IMG/VR virus record: IMGVR_UViG_2556921039_000001
Reading direction: 5' to 3' (one strand)
DNA length: 64,000 nucleotides
Source of the DNA: a virus
The notes beneath the pieces are model-generated. The model searched no databases. It saw only the letters and a program-made list of their open reading frames with translations, and had not been told where the DNA came from. Shown here piece by piece: positions 48,981-58,407 of the stretch; the first letter of the stretch is position 1, and each line of letters begins with the position of its first letter. Position numbers and translations under genes: made by a program.

Positions 48981-51532
48981 GCATCTCATTCCCTAAAGAA
49001 TTAGCAAACCGGAAGCAATGGATCTGCTGGCGTCTGGAACCAAACACAAAGGACGGAAGAGACAGTAAAATCCCTTATAATCCCTTAACTGGTAGAAAAG
49101 CCTCAAGCACTAACCCAAACGACTGGTCGACGCTTGACGATGCGATTGCGGCAAAAGAACAATACCTCTATACCGGATTAGGTTTTGTATTCGCAAAAAG
49201 CGGAGGTTTAGTGGGGATAGACATAGATCACTGCCGCGACAAAAACACTGGGGAATTAAGCGATACCGCCAAGGATATCCTTGAGCGGTTTCCGTCCTAT
49301 ACGGAAATCAGCCCTTCAGGAACTGGGCTTCATATTTTCTATAAAGGGGAGATGCCTGCTAAGGGCAATAAAAACACTAAAACCGGCGTTGAAATGTATG
49401 CCCACAGCAGATACTTCACAATGACTGGCGAGCGACTGCCAGGGACTCCTGATTACATTGCTGAAGATAATGGAGCTCTAGCCTGGATACATGAGAATTA
49501 TATCAAAAGTAAAAAGCGGAGAGGAAAAAGCAAGAAAGACAGTAAGGTGGTTAAGCTAGAGCCGCTTACAGATGAAGAAATTCTGGAGAAAGCCCGGACA
49601 GCCGAAAACCATAAGGAATTTAATCTGCTATGGGAAGGAAAATGGCAGGAAGCAGGGTATCCGAGCCATTCCGAAGCCGACCTTGCCCTTTGCTGTATGC
49701 TAGCTTTCTGGTCAGGCAAAAACAAAGAGCAGATGGACAGGCTGTTTAGAAATTCCGGGTTATTCCGGGAAAAGTGGGATACGGTACATCATGCAAGTGG
49801 AGCAACATATGGGCAGGAGACACTGGATAAGGCCATTGAAGTCACAGAGAACGTATACAGCCGCGAAAGCGAGTCAGTTATCTTTGAACATGAGGGCAGG
49901 TATTACCGCACCAGAGGCGAAAGTGTGTATCCTATAACAAACTTTATCATTCAACCGGTGGAGATGATTGTATCAGAAGATGAAACGCAGATGACTGCTG
50001 ACCTTATTACAATTCGTGATGAAATATACCGCCAGACATTTATGACTACCGACTTCAATAACATCCAAAAATTTAAAAATATCTTGAACCGCCGGACGAT
50101 ATCCTTAGGCTATTTTGGCTCAGAAGGAGATTTGGAACTGCTGAAAGGTTATATATCTGAAATGGAGTGGGTAAGGAAAACAGGGGTCAAGGCTCTTGGG
50201 ATTTATGAGCATGGCGGGCGGATGGTATATGTTTCAACGGATGGTGCCATTGAAGCCGGAAGCAACATTGTTGAAGATATCGTGCAGCTTGATAAGTATA
50301 AAAGCATAACAACCGATATCCTAATCTTTGAGCCATTGACAAAGGAACAGCTTATTATACTTGGTGAATGGCTCCTCAGCTATAACGAACCCATAAAAAC
50401 GGTATCAGTAATGGCCTGGGTGGCCGGATGCTTTATTAAACCGCATCTTAAAAAATCAGGCATCAAGTTTCCTCATTTATTGCTTGTCGGAGAACAAGGC
50501 AGCGGAAAAAGTAATACATTGGAGCGGGTTATTCTGCCGGTATTTTCGTGCAGTAAAATCCGCGCGGCTACACAGGTTACTGCATTTACACTGATGAAGG
50601 AATCTGCATCATCGAATCTGATACCGCAGTTGATGGATGAGTTCAAGCCTTCAAAGATAGATAAGTTAAGGCTAAATGCCTTATACAACCATCTTCGAGA
50701 TGCATATGATGGCCATGAAGGTGTCCGCGGTAGGGCGGATCAAAGTGCTGTTACTTATGAACTGTTGGCACCTATTATTGTAGCTGGTGAGGAATCGCCG
50801 GATGAAGCGGCCATCAGAGAACGGAGCATAGAATTGCTATTCAGCAAGAAGGACTTAAAACCAGCCAGCCATAGACAAGCATTTTATAAGCTGTGTGCAA
50901 AAGCGGATCTGCTTGGCAGCTTCGGTCGGAGCCTGCTGGATATAGCACTCAGAGTATCGGTTGCTGAGGCAGAGAAGTGGTATGAGGAAGCAAAGTCAGA
51001 GATATCTGATGAGTTTCCATCTCGTATCGTCAATAATCTCGCCTGTTGCTATGCCGGACTGAGCCTAGTAAACAAACTGTGTGAATTCCTTAATGTAACG
51101 TGGGCTGAAGTATTTCCCATTAACAAAGGGGCATGTATTCGATATCTTCAAAACGGTGTGCAGGAGTACTTGCTGGATGGCGGCAGCAATAACAAGACCA
51201 TTGTAGAACAGACCCTGGAAATCATGGCCCGGATGAAACTGGCTCCGAATCAAGACTACACTTTTGATAAAGATGGCAAGGTTATCGGGATTCGTTTCTG
51301 TGATGTATATGACCGCTATACCAAGTACAGACGCGATTATGCAATCACTGGTGAATGTCTTCCATATAACCAGTTTTTGAAGCAATTGAGGCAAAGTGAC
51401 TTTTTTATAGAGAGCAATAAAACGATGCGTTTCGGGAATGAAACAAAAAAAGCGTGGGCTCTTGATTTCTCGATACTGAAAGAGCGATGCGATGTGAGCG
51501 GCTTTGAAATCACAGATATTGAGCCTCTTTAG
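48977..51532 (+). CDS. Primase-polymerase (NrS-1-like AEP) fused to a helicase/ATPase
   Basis: KIPYNP, GIDIDHC, SPSGTGLH, SEADLAL...RLFRNSGL helix bundle, GEQGSGKS, DEFK. Confidence 0.85.
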   Translation: MSISFPKELANRKQWICWRLEPNTKDGRDSKIPYNPLTGRKASSTNPNDWSTLDDAIAAKEQYLYTGLGFVFAKSGGLVGIDIDHCRDKNTGELSDTAKDILERFPSYTEISPSGTGLHIFYKGEMPAKGNKNTKTGVEMYAHSRYFTMTGERLPGTPDYIAEDNGALAWIHENYIKSKKRRGKSKKDSKVVKLEPLTDEEILEKARTAENHKEFNLLWEGKWQEAGYPSHSEADLALCCMLAFWSGKNKEQMDRLFRNSGLFREKWDTVHHASGATYGQETLDKAIEVTENVYSRESESVIFEHEGRYYRTRGESVYPITNFIIQPVEMIVSEDETQMTADLITIRDEIYRQTFMTTDFNNIQKFKNILNRRTISLGYFGSEGDLELLKGYISEMEWVRKTGVKALGIYEHGGRMVYVSTDGAIEAGSNIVEDIVQLDKYKSITTDILIFEPLTKEQLIILGEWLLSYNEPIKTVSVMAWVAGCFIKPHLKKSGIKFPHLLLVGEQGSGKSNTLERVILPVFSCSKIRAATQVTAFTLMKESASSNLIPQLMDEFKPSKIDKLRLNALYNHLRDAYDGHEGVRGRADQSAVTYELLAPIIVAGEESPDEAAIRERSIELLFSKKDLKPASHRQAFYKLCAKADLLGSFGRSLLDIALRVSVAEAEKWYEEAKSEISDEFPSRIVNNLACCYAGLSLVNKLCEFLNVTWAEVFPINKGACIRYLQNGVQEYLLDGGSNNKTIVEQTLEIMARMKLAPNQDYTFDKDGKVIGIRFCDVYDRYTKYRRDYAITGECLPYNQFLKQLRQSDFFIESNKTMRFGNETKKAWALDFSILKERCDVSGFEITDIEPL

Positions 51533-51542
51533 TATTGAAAAA

Positions 51543-51811
51543 GGTAACAAGGTAACAAAAAGGTAACGCCCGAAACGCTAATGAATAGCCACTTGTTACC
51601 GATGTTACCTTTGTTACCTCAACTTTATATATACGCGCGAAAGTACCATTGCTTTTTTTAAGACTAAAAAATATAAAAATAAAAATATTTGTGTATACAC
51701 CTACCCCAAAAAGAGGTAACAAGGTAACAAAATCCTGAAAAGCGCTTGGGAAGCTGATTTATGAGATGCCTTATTTGGATGTTACGAGGTTATAAGAGGG
51801 AAAAAGGTAAC
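51543..51811. repeat. GGTAAC/GTTACC iteron cluster, putative phage origin
   Basis: GGTAAC at 51543, 51551, 51562, 51715, 51723, 51806; GTTACC at 51595, 51604, 51613; AT-rich centre. Confidence 0.7.
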
Positions 51812-51832
51812 ATTTTTGGAGGATGAGCGGTT

Positions 51833-52135
51833 ATGTCTGAAAGAAGTATTGTGACTAAAGTACTGCGGTACTTAAAGACAGTACCGGGGTGTTTCTGTTG
51901 GAAGGAACATGGTGGTATGTACGGGACAGCGGGGATACCAGATATTATTGCCTGTGTAAATGGGCGGTTTATAGCTTTTGAAGTAAAAACCCCATCGGGA
52001 AAGACAACAAAACTGCAGGAAGCAACTATAAGGAAAATCCTCAGTGCCGGAGGTGTGGCAGCGATTGTTCATTCGGTAGATGAGGTGAAGGTTATTCTGG
52101 AAAAGCATGGCCTTCTGCAAAGAACGAAGACATAA
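51833..52135 (+). CDS. VRR-NUC domain nuclease (resolvase-like)
   Basis: GIPDIIAC..GRFIAFEVK...LQ. Confidence 0.9.
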   Translation: MSERSIVTKVLRYLKTVPGCFCWKEHGGMYGTAGIPDIIACVNGRFIAFEVKTPSGKTTKLQEATIRKILSAGGVAAIVHSVDEVKVILEKHGLLQRTKT

Positions 52136-52226
52136 CGAACAAGGGAACAAGCACTGCAAAGCAACGAAAAAAAGCATACTGCTTCAAAGATCAAGGTTTT
52201 TTATCTTGATTTTTTGGAGGTGCGAT

Positions 52227-52682
52227 ATGCTGATTGCATGGCAGTATTTAGATAAAAAAGCGGCTGCTGTTGAAGCTTTGAAAGATTACAGCAGCATGCA
52301 GTACATTATCGAACACAGTGATGAGGATATATATGAAATTGAAACCCGTATGACAAGCCCTCATAGTGCAAAGATTACCGGAGTTCCGGGCAAACACAAT
52401 CCCAAAAGCGGCGAAGAACGCCTTGCTGCTTGCCTTGACGAGATTGATGTGTTGAAAGAACGTTACAGACGGGCATTGGAATATATGGAATGGTTCAAGC
52501 CTGCTTGGGAAGCCCTGTCGGAGGAAGAACAGTTTATACTGACAGAATTTTTTGTTAATGATGTGAGCAAGACAGAAGCTGTAGCAAACATCGGAGAGAA
52601 GCTGTTTCTTGAAAGAGCACAGGTGTACCGCAGGAAGGACAAGGCACTTAATCATCTGGCACTGCTTTTATACGGGAAGTAG
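52227..52682 (+). CDS. ArpU/DUF1492-like late transcriptional activator
   Basis: GGAGG RBS; LSEEEQFILTEFF...ERAQVYRRKDKALNHL. Confidence 0.75.
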   Translation: MLIAWQYLDKKAAAVEALKDYSSMQYIIEHSDEDIYEIETRMTSPHSAKITGVPGKHNPKSGEERLAACLDEIDVLKERYRRALEYMEWFKPAWEALSEEEQFILTEFFVNDVSKTEAVANIGEKLFLERAQVYRRKDKALNHLALLLYGK

Positions 52683-52684
52683 TA

Positions 52685-52780
52685 ATGAGATTTCTATGAG
52701 ATGTAAAACACAGGTATCCAATATATAATGATATCGTGAAAAAATGACATTAAAACGCATAAGCCCTTCGGGGCTTTTTC
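52685..52780 (+). promoter_or_regulatory. Late promoter copy 1 plus leader terminator
   Basis: ATGAGATTTCTATGAGATG 52685, TATAAT 52724, hairpin AAGCCC-TTCG-GGGCTT plus T-run. Confidence 0.6.
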
Positions 52781-52808
52781 TTATGACATAAAACGGGAGT
52801 GAAGAAAG

Positions 52809-53039
52809 ATGTACGATAATTGTTTTGGCAGTAACGGAAGGAATGGCTGCAATATCCTGACTGTACACAAGTGCTTGCAAGATAAATGTTCCTTCTATAA
52901 AAGCACCCAGGAGTTAGAGGAAGATAGAAAAAAGGCTTATCTTTTGCTTGCAGCTTTACCACCCGATATGCAGAGATATATTTCAGATAAGTATTATAAC
53001 GGCAGGATGCCATGGGCAAAAAGTAAATGTTCTGTTTAG
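52809..53039 (+). CDS. Small Cys-containing hypothetical protein
   Basis: GGGAG RBS; 76 aa with four N-terminal Cys. Confidence 0.65.
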   Translation: MYDNCFGSNGRNGCNILTVHKCLQDKCSFYKSTQELEEDRKKAYLLLAALPPDMQRYISDKYYNGRMPWAKSKCSV

Positions 53040-53047
53040 TATTCCAG

Positions 53048-53149
53048 ATGAGATTTTTATGAGATGAAATTCAGTAAAAAACCAAATATAATGGTATTGT
53101 GAAAAGTTATGGATAAGCCTTCATGGGATGAACCTGTGAGGGCTTTTTT
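53048..53149 (+). promoter_or_regulatory. Late promoter copy 2 plus leader terminator
   Basis: ATGAGATTTTTATGAGATG 53048, TATAAT 53087 (same 39-bp offset), 13-bp hairpin 53115-45 plus T-run. Confidence 0.6.
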
Positions 53150-53172
53150 ATACGCGTAAAGGAGGTGGCCAG

Positions 53173-53532
53173 ATGCCAAGAAAACCAAAAAGGCCTTGCT
53201 CCTTTCCTGGCTGTCCTGAACTGACGGACGGAAGGTACTGTGACATGCATCAAAGGCAAATGGATGCTTATTACAGCAAATACGAACGAGATCCCCAAAC
53301 AAGAAAATGCTATGGCCGGAGATGGAAACGCATCAGGGACAGATATATCTCAGAGCATCCGCTTTGCGAGGAGTGCCAAAAGTACGGAAGGCTTACACCA
53401 GCCGAAGAGGTACATCATATTATCCCTTTATCCAAAGGCGGAACCAATGCAGACAATAACCTTATGAGCCTGTGCAAACAATGTCACTCATCGATCACTG
53501 CTCGCGAAGGAGAACGATGGGCAAGACGGTAG
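53173..53532 (+). CDS. Packaging-associated HNH endonuclease
   Basis: CEEC...EVHHIIPLSKGG...NLMSLCKQCH. Confidence 0.92.
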   Translation: MPRKPKRPCSFPGCPELTDGRYCDMHQRQMDAYYSKYERDPQTRKCYGRRWKRIRDRYISEHPLCEECQKYGRLTPAEEVHHIIPLSKGGTNADNNLMSLCKQCHSSITAREGERWARR

Positions 53533-53610
53533 GGGGGTCAAAATCTCTGGTGAAGCAGTTTTGTGCAACGGGCGGGGGGTCACGCGCGAAAAATCGCAGT
53601 TTCAAACGGG
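53529..53610 (+). other. Probable cos region
   Basis: GGGGGGTCAAAATCTCT...GGGCGGGGGGTCACGCG between HNH and small terminase, the usual position in HNH-cos phages; cut site not determinable. Confidence 0.5.
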
Positions 53611-53652
53611 GTATATCCCCTGTTTATTTTTACATGAATCGAGGTGATGTGT

Positions 53653-54204
53653 ATGGCAAAGGACGGTACCAACCGCGGCGGGGCACGTATCGGTGCAGGA
53701 CAGAAGAAAAAACCTCTGGCGGATAAGATTTTGGAAGGAAATCCCGGCAGACGAAAGCTCATGGTAATGGAGTTTACGGATGCTGCGGAACTGGAAGGAG
53801 AGAGCATGCCGCCACCGAGGGATTATCTTGCTGCAAAGCAGAAGAACGGAAAAACAACACTGGCGGTGGAAATATACGAAAAAACATGGCAGTGGCTTAA
53901 GGAACGCAGGTGTGTTCACCTTATCCCTGCGCAGCTTATAGAGCAATATGCCCAGAGTGTGGCGCGGTGGATCCAGTGCGAGGAATGTATCACTGAATTT
54001 GGCTTTCTTGCTAAGCATCCGACGACTGGCAATGCCATCCCGTCACCTTATGTGGCTATGAGTCAAAGCTTCATGAAACAGGCCAATAACCTGTGGTATC
54101 AAATTTATCAAGTCGTGCGGGAAAACTGTGCTACCGAATACAAGGGGGCCACTCCCCACGATGATGTGATGGAAAAACTCCTGACAGCCAGGAGGGGTGG
54201 CTGA
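53653..54204 (+). CDS. Terminase small subunit (P27-like)
   Basis: GTNRGGAR.GAG...GNPG...HPTTG..IPSPYV. Confidence 0.85.
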   Translation: MAKDGTNRGGARIGAGQKKKPLADKILEGNPGRRKLMVMEFTDAAELEGESMPPPRDYLAAKQKNGKTTLAVEIYEKTWQWLKERRCVHLIPAQLIEQYAQSVARWIQCEECITEFGFLAKHPTTGNAIPSPYVAMSQSFMKQANNLWYQIYQVVRENCATEYKGATPHDDVMEKLLTARRGG

Positions 54205-54386
54205 TGCATAAAACAAATTCAATCTTTCTTAGGGAACTAAGAAAATATAAAGACCATTTAACGAAGCAGCAGTTTAAGACTCTGCGGGGACAAGTAATAA
54301 ACGGAGATTGTGAGGGCGCAAAAAAGGGTCTTAAGAAAATATTGAACAGGAGAATGCAGCATGAACATACAAAAAATATCTGTTGA
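54204..54386 (+). CDS. Small phage hypothetical protein
   Basis: TGATG overlap with terS; LTKQQFKTLRGQ. Confidence 0.6.
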   Translation: MHKTNSIFLRELRKYKDHLTKQQFKTLRGQVINGDCEGAKKGLKKILNRRMQHEHTKNIC

Positions 54387-55659
54387 AAAACTTAATCCAG
54401 CAGCATACAACCCGCGCAAGGATTTAAAACCCGGCGATAAGGAATATGAAAAGCTAAAACGGTCAATAGAGGAATTTGGCTATGTGGAGCCTGTTATCTG
54501 GAACCAAAAAACAGGTAATGTGGTAGGCGGGCATCAACGCTTAAAGGTTTTGCTGGACTTGGGACAGACTGAGATAGATTGCGTCGTTGTAGATCTTGAC
54601 CTGCAGAGAGAAAAAGCGCTTAATCTTGCTCTTAATAAGATTCAGGGAGAGTGGGACGAGAATAAACTGGCTGAACTGATGGCCGAGCTTGACGCAGGCG
54701 CGTTTGATGTGTCGCTCACAGGATTTGACGCTTCTGAAATAGACGAACTGCTCAACCGATGGTATGCCAAGGAAGCGGTGCAGGACAGCTTTGACATAGA
54801 TAAAGCGCATGAGGAAATTGTGCAGTGCGAGCCTGTAACGAAGCGGGGCGATATCTGGCTTCTCGGGAATCATCGCTTGATGTGCGGTGACTCTACTAAG
54901 GATGAGGATTTTGAGAAGTTGATGGAAGGGTGTCACGCACAGATGGCAGTGACTTCCCCTCCATATGGGGTAGGCAAAGAATATGAAAAGGCTGGGATTG
55001 AACCATGGTTCGAGACAGTACGCCCAGTGATTAGAAACCTGTGCAAGTATGCAGATATTGTCTGCTGGAACTTAGGTGATCTCTATGCCACCGGCTCTCA
55101 GTTTATTGAACCCACCAGTGTTTACAGTGTGAATATGTTTTTGGCCAATGGTTACCGCCCTATCTGGATCCGCATTTGGAAGAAACAAGGGCAAAATTTC
55201 GGCGTAGGACCTTATCATCTTGTTTCAAACAAGCCGGTTCAGCAATATGAGTATATTTCAGCCTTCAGCAATAAAGGAGAGACTGAGGAATATAACGATC
55301 AGGAATATGTATGGCTTTCAGCCTTTGCGGGACACAGTTATAAATTTGTGAAACGGCTTACAAAGGAAGAACGCAAGAAATGGGGCTATGCTGGGATATG
55401 GGAGATGACCACTGTACGGGCAAACAAGGAGCATCCTGCAATGTTCCCTGTGGAGCTTCCATGGCGGTGCATCAAAATGCACAGCGACAAAGGCGGTATT
55501 GTGCTTGAGCCGTTCTCTGGTAGCGGAACTACTATAATTGCGGCTGAACAGACCGAGCGTAAATGCTACGCAATGGAGTTATCCCCTGTTTACTGTGATT
55601 TAGCTGTTAAGCGCTGGGAGGAATTCACCGGTGAAAAAGCCATCAAACTGGAGGGTTAA
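54361..55659 (+). CDS. ParB-N plus DNA methyltransferase (SPPY, likely m4C)
   Basis: YNPRK...VGGHQR ParB; TSPPY; HPAMFP; EPFSGSGTT. Confidence 0.88.
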   Translation: MNIQKISVEKLNPAAYNPRKDLKPGDKEYEKLKRSIEEFGYVEPVIWNQKTGNVVGGHQRLKVLLDLGQTEIDCVVVDLDLQREKALNLALNKIQGEWDENKLAELMAELDAGAFDVSLTGFDASEIDELLNRWYAKEAVQDSFDIDKAHEEIVQCEPVTKRGDIWLLGNHRLMCGDSTKDEDFEKLMEGCHAQMAVTSPPYGVGKEYEKAGIEPWFETVRPVIRNLCKYADIVCWNLGDLYATGSQFIEPTSVYSVNMFLANGYRPIWIRIWKKQGQNFGVGPYHLVSNKPVQQYEYISAFSNKGETEEYNDQEYVWLSAFAGHSYKFVKRLTKEERKKWGYAGIWEMTTVRANKEHPAMFPVELPWRCIKMHSDKGGIVLEPFSGSGTTIIAAEQTERKCYAMELSPVYCDLAVKRWEEFTGEKAIKLEG

Positions 55660-55664
55660 GATTT

Positions 55665-56918
55665 ATGGATATACTGAAAATACCAACAGAAAAACTAAAA
55701 CCATCTAAATATAATCCGCGGAAAGATTTAAAGCCTGGTGACCCTGAATATGAAAAATTACGTCGGTCTATTGAAGAGTTTGGATATGTAGAGCCGGTTA
55801 TATGGAATAAACGCACCGGGAATATTGTCGGCGGACATCAGCGTTATAAAGTACTTACAGCTTTGGGGTATAAGGAGATCGACTGTGTTGTAGTTGATTT
55901 GGATGAACAGCGGGAAAAGGCGCTCAATGTTGCACTGAATAAAATCAGTGGCGAGTTTGATATTCCGCTTTTGACCGATCTGCTTATGGATTTAAATGAA
56001 GATGGTTTTGACGTTTCTCTTACCGGGTTTGATGCTTCGGAAATTGATGAGTTGTTCCGTGATAAAACAACCGCTAATGTCAAAGAAGATAATTTCGATA
56101 CAGAAAAGGCAATTGCAGAGATTAAAACTCCGGTTACCAAAAAAGGCGACATATGGGTACTTGGCAGCCACCGTCTGATGTGCGGTGATAGCACCATGCT
56201 TTCAGATGTGCAAAAGCTGATGAACGGACAAAAGGCGAGATTTGTTTTCACTGACCCACCCTGGAATGTTGATTACGGTTCAGATACCAGGCATCCAAGC
56301 TGGAAGCCAAGACAAATTCTAAATGACAATATGAGCACCGAAGAATTCGGCGCTTTTTTATTGCGCGCTTTTAAATGCATGAAAGAGGTTTCTGAAGCCG
56401 GATGCATGACCTATGTGGTAATGAGTGCTCAGGAATGGGGCAGTTTGATGAACGTCATGCGGGAGGCAGGGTATCACTGGTCGAGCACAATTATATGGAA
56501 AAAAGACAGCTTGGTACTATCAAGAAAGGACTATCATACCCAGTACGAGCCGATCTGGTACGGTTGGCTTGAAGGAACACGCCTTTGCCCGCTTAAAGAC
56601 CGTAAACAGTCAGATGTTTGGGAGATACCCCGTCCTAAAGTATCGGAGGAGCACCCTACCATGAAGCCGGTATCGCTTGTAGCAAAGGCAATGCTCAATA
56701 GTTCCCATATTGGAGATTTAACTCTTGACCTGTTCGGTGGTTCTGGTACGACAATGATTGCAGCGCAGCAGACCGGGCGGGTTTGTTTTATGATGGAGCT
56801 TGACTCGAAATACTGCGATGTGATTGTAAAGCGCTATGTTTCACAATTTGGCGCAGATTCAGTATTCTTGGTAACAGGTAGTAGAAAAATACCTTACGCG
56901 GAAACACAGATTGATTAA
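55665..56918 (+). CDS. ParB-N plus DNA methyltransferase (DPPW, likely m6A)
   Basis: ParB N-terminus; TDPPW; HPTMKP; DLFGGSGTT. Confidence 0.9.
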   Translation: MDILKIPTEKLKPSKYNPRKDLKPGDPEYEKLRRSIEEFGYVEPVIWNKRTGNIVGGHQRYKVLTALGYKEIDCVVVDLDEQREKALNVALNKISGEFDIPLLTDLLMDLNEDGFDVSLTGFDASEIDELFRDKTTANVKEDNFDTEKAIAEIKTPVTKKGDIWVLGSHRLMCGDSTMLSDVQKLMNGQKARFVFTDPPWNVDYGSDTRHPSWKPRQILNDNMSTEEFGAFLLRAFKCMKEVSEAGCMTYVVMSAQEWGSLMNVMREAGYHWSSTIIWKKDSLVLSRKDYHTQYEPIWYGWLEGTRLCPLKDRKQSDVWEIPRPKVSEEHPTMKPVSLVAKAMLNSSHIGDLTLDLFGGSGTTMIAAQQTGRVCFMMELDSKYCDVIVKRYVSQFGADSVFLVTGSRKIPYAETQID

Positions 56919-56924
56919 AAATGT

Positions 56925-56959
56925 CCTTGCTTTCCCCTCAAAACAGAGCGTTAATGTAC
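56925..56959 (+). promoter_or_regulatory. Module promoter A
   Basis: CCTTGCT-N20-TAATGTAC, repeated with identical spacing at 58327-58361. Confidence 0.55.
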
Positions 56960-57034
56960 CCCGCCAATAAAGAAAGGTGGGATTTTTTATGATCATCAGA
57001 GCAATTTCAGCTTTTCCGGAGGGAGGTGTACGGA

Positions 57035-57709
57035 ATGAGAAATAACAGCTTCCGCTTTTCACAGAAGGTTGCCGGCCAGGAGAGGAAAGTCATTGCCGCA
57101 ATAATCGCCGAGGCCCTCGGAGGCCAGGTGCGCTATGCCGGAGCGCCGGGCTTTACCTACGAAGCTGATGGCTGGACGGTTGACAGGGACAGCGTGGTGC
57201 ATTCGCCGGAAATCGGCCTTGACAAAATCAAAAGCGTCAGGCCGGTGATCGACGCGATGAATATCGCCGGGCTGTCAGCGGAGGAAAACATGACGATTGC
57301 GCTTGCTTTGCACGGCTTTGGCGAGGCGAGCCTTGAAAACCTTAAAAACCTGCTGGCAAGCAAGGAAACGCTGCTCAAGAAAGCGCTGTCTGTCAAGCGC
57401 AATATTGAAGTTTCGGCTGAAAACGGCGAAATCACATTCCCTTTTTGGAATGCGACTTTAAATGCCGACGAGGTGCAGACATATATCACGCTTGCAAGGC
57501 AGATGGCGGAACAGGCCGGGACACAAAAGCGCGTGCTGGCTGCCGAAAAACCGGCGGACAATGAAAAGTATGCCTTCCGCTGCTTCCTGCTTAGGCTGGG
57601 GTTTATCGGGGATGAATTCAGAACTGAGCGCAAGGTGCTGCTTTCAAGGCTGTCCGGCAACGGGGCGTACCGGAAAGGCAGAGCAAAGGCGGCGGATGGA
57701 GATGACTGA
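57035..57709 (+). CDS. Catalytically inactive paralog of the downstream amidoligase (family often labelled 'virulence-related protein')
   Basis: 34/83 ungapped identities to the C-terminus of 58408..59307; HxH and ExR motifs replaced. Confidence 0.75.
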   Translation: MRNNSFRFSQKVAGQERKVIAAIIAEALGGQVRYAGAPGFTYEADGWTVDRDSVVHSPEIGLDKIKSVRPVIDAMNIAGLSAEENMTIALALHGFGEASLENLKNLLASKETLLKKALSVKRNIEVSAENGEITFPFWNATLNADEVQTYITLARQMAEQAGTQKRVLAAEKPADNEKYAFRCFLLRLGFIGDEFRTERKVLLSRLSGNGAYRKGRAKAADGDD

Positions 57710-58031
57710 TTTTCAAAACACCGCCTTCTTTGTGCGGCGTCCGTTTGCGATCGAGGATTTGAGAAAACCGCATCCGCATAAGGAGGAAAAGCCTTTTGCG
57801 GTTGTGAAAACTATCGGGCTTTCAAAGATTGACTATGAGAACTTTATTGCCGATCTGTGCGTCGGCCGCCGGTTTATCGAGGAAAATAAGGAACTCTGCC
57901 GCATTGACGAAGACGGGGTATGGCAATGCCTGCTGGTACAGCGGCGCGGGCGGCCGGACGGAGTCCTGGTGATGCCGGACGACACGGATTATCCCAAATA
58001 CGCCGCATATTATCCGGGAGGAGAGGATTGA
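57702..58031 (+). CDS. Hypothetical protein of the amidoligase module
   Basis: ATG 57702 overlapping the upstream stop; DYENFIADL...CLLV...GVLVMPD..YPKYAAY. Confidence 0.7.
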   Translation: MTDFQNTAFFVRRPFAIEDLRKPHPHKEEKPFAVVKTIGLSKIDYENFIADLCVGRRFIEENKELCRIDEDGVWQCLLVQRRGRPDGVLVMPDDTDYPKYAAYYPGGED

Positions 58032-58034
58032 AAG

Positions 58035-58265
58035 ATGAGCGCAGGAGGCTTTCCTTCAAAAGAAACTGTTCAAAGGCTGAGAGAGGAATATCCGCCCGGA
58101 ACGCGCGTGGAGCTCATCCGCATGGATGATCCGTACGCCGCGCTGAAACCGGGAGATCAAGGCACTGTTTCATTTGTGGATGATATAGGGACTATTTTTG
58201 TGGATTGGGACTGCGGTTCAACCCTCGGCGCGGCCTATGGCGCGGACATGATCAGAAAGCTGTAA
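58035..58265 (+). CDS. DUF4314 protein
   Basis: LREEYPPGTRVELIRMDDPY...GTVSFVDDIGTIFVDWDCGS.LG. Confidence 0.85.
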   Translation: MSAGGFPSKETVQRLREEYPPGTRVELIRMDDPYAALKPGDQGTVSFVDDIGTIFVDWDCGSTLGAAYGADMIRKL

Positions 58266-58326
58266 ATGTACACAAATTAAGACGCGAAAAATTGCTCAAA
58301 ATCCTGCGGAAACTCATGCAGAATTG

Positions 58327-58361
58327 CCTTGCTATCCTGTGTTTTCAATGGCCTAATGTAC
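58327..58361 (+). promoter_or_regulatory. Module promoter B
   Basis: CCTTGCT-N20-TAATGTAC. Confidence 0.55.
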
Positions 58362-58407
58362 ACTGCCGAAGGGCAGAAAACACAGAGAAAGCGAGGAGAA
58401 TGGCGCA

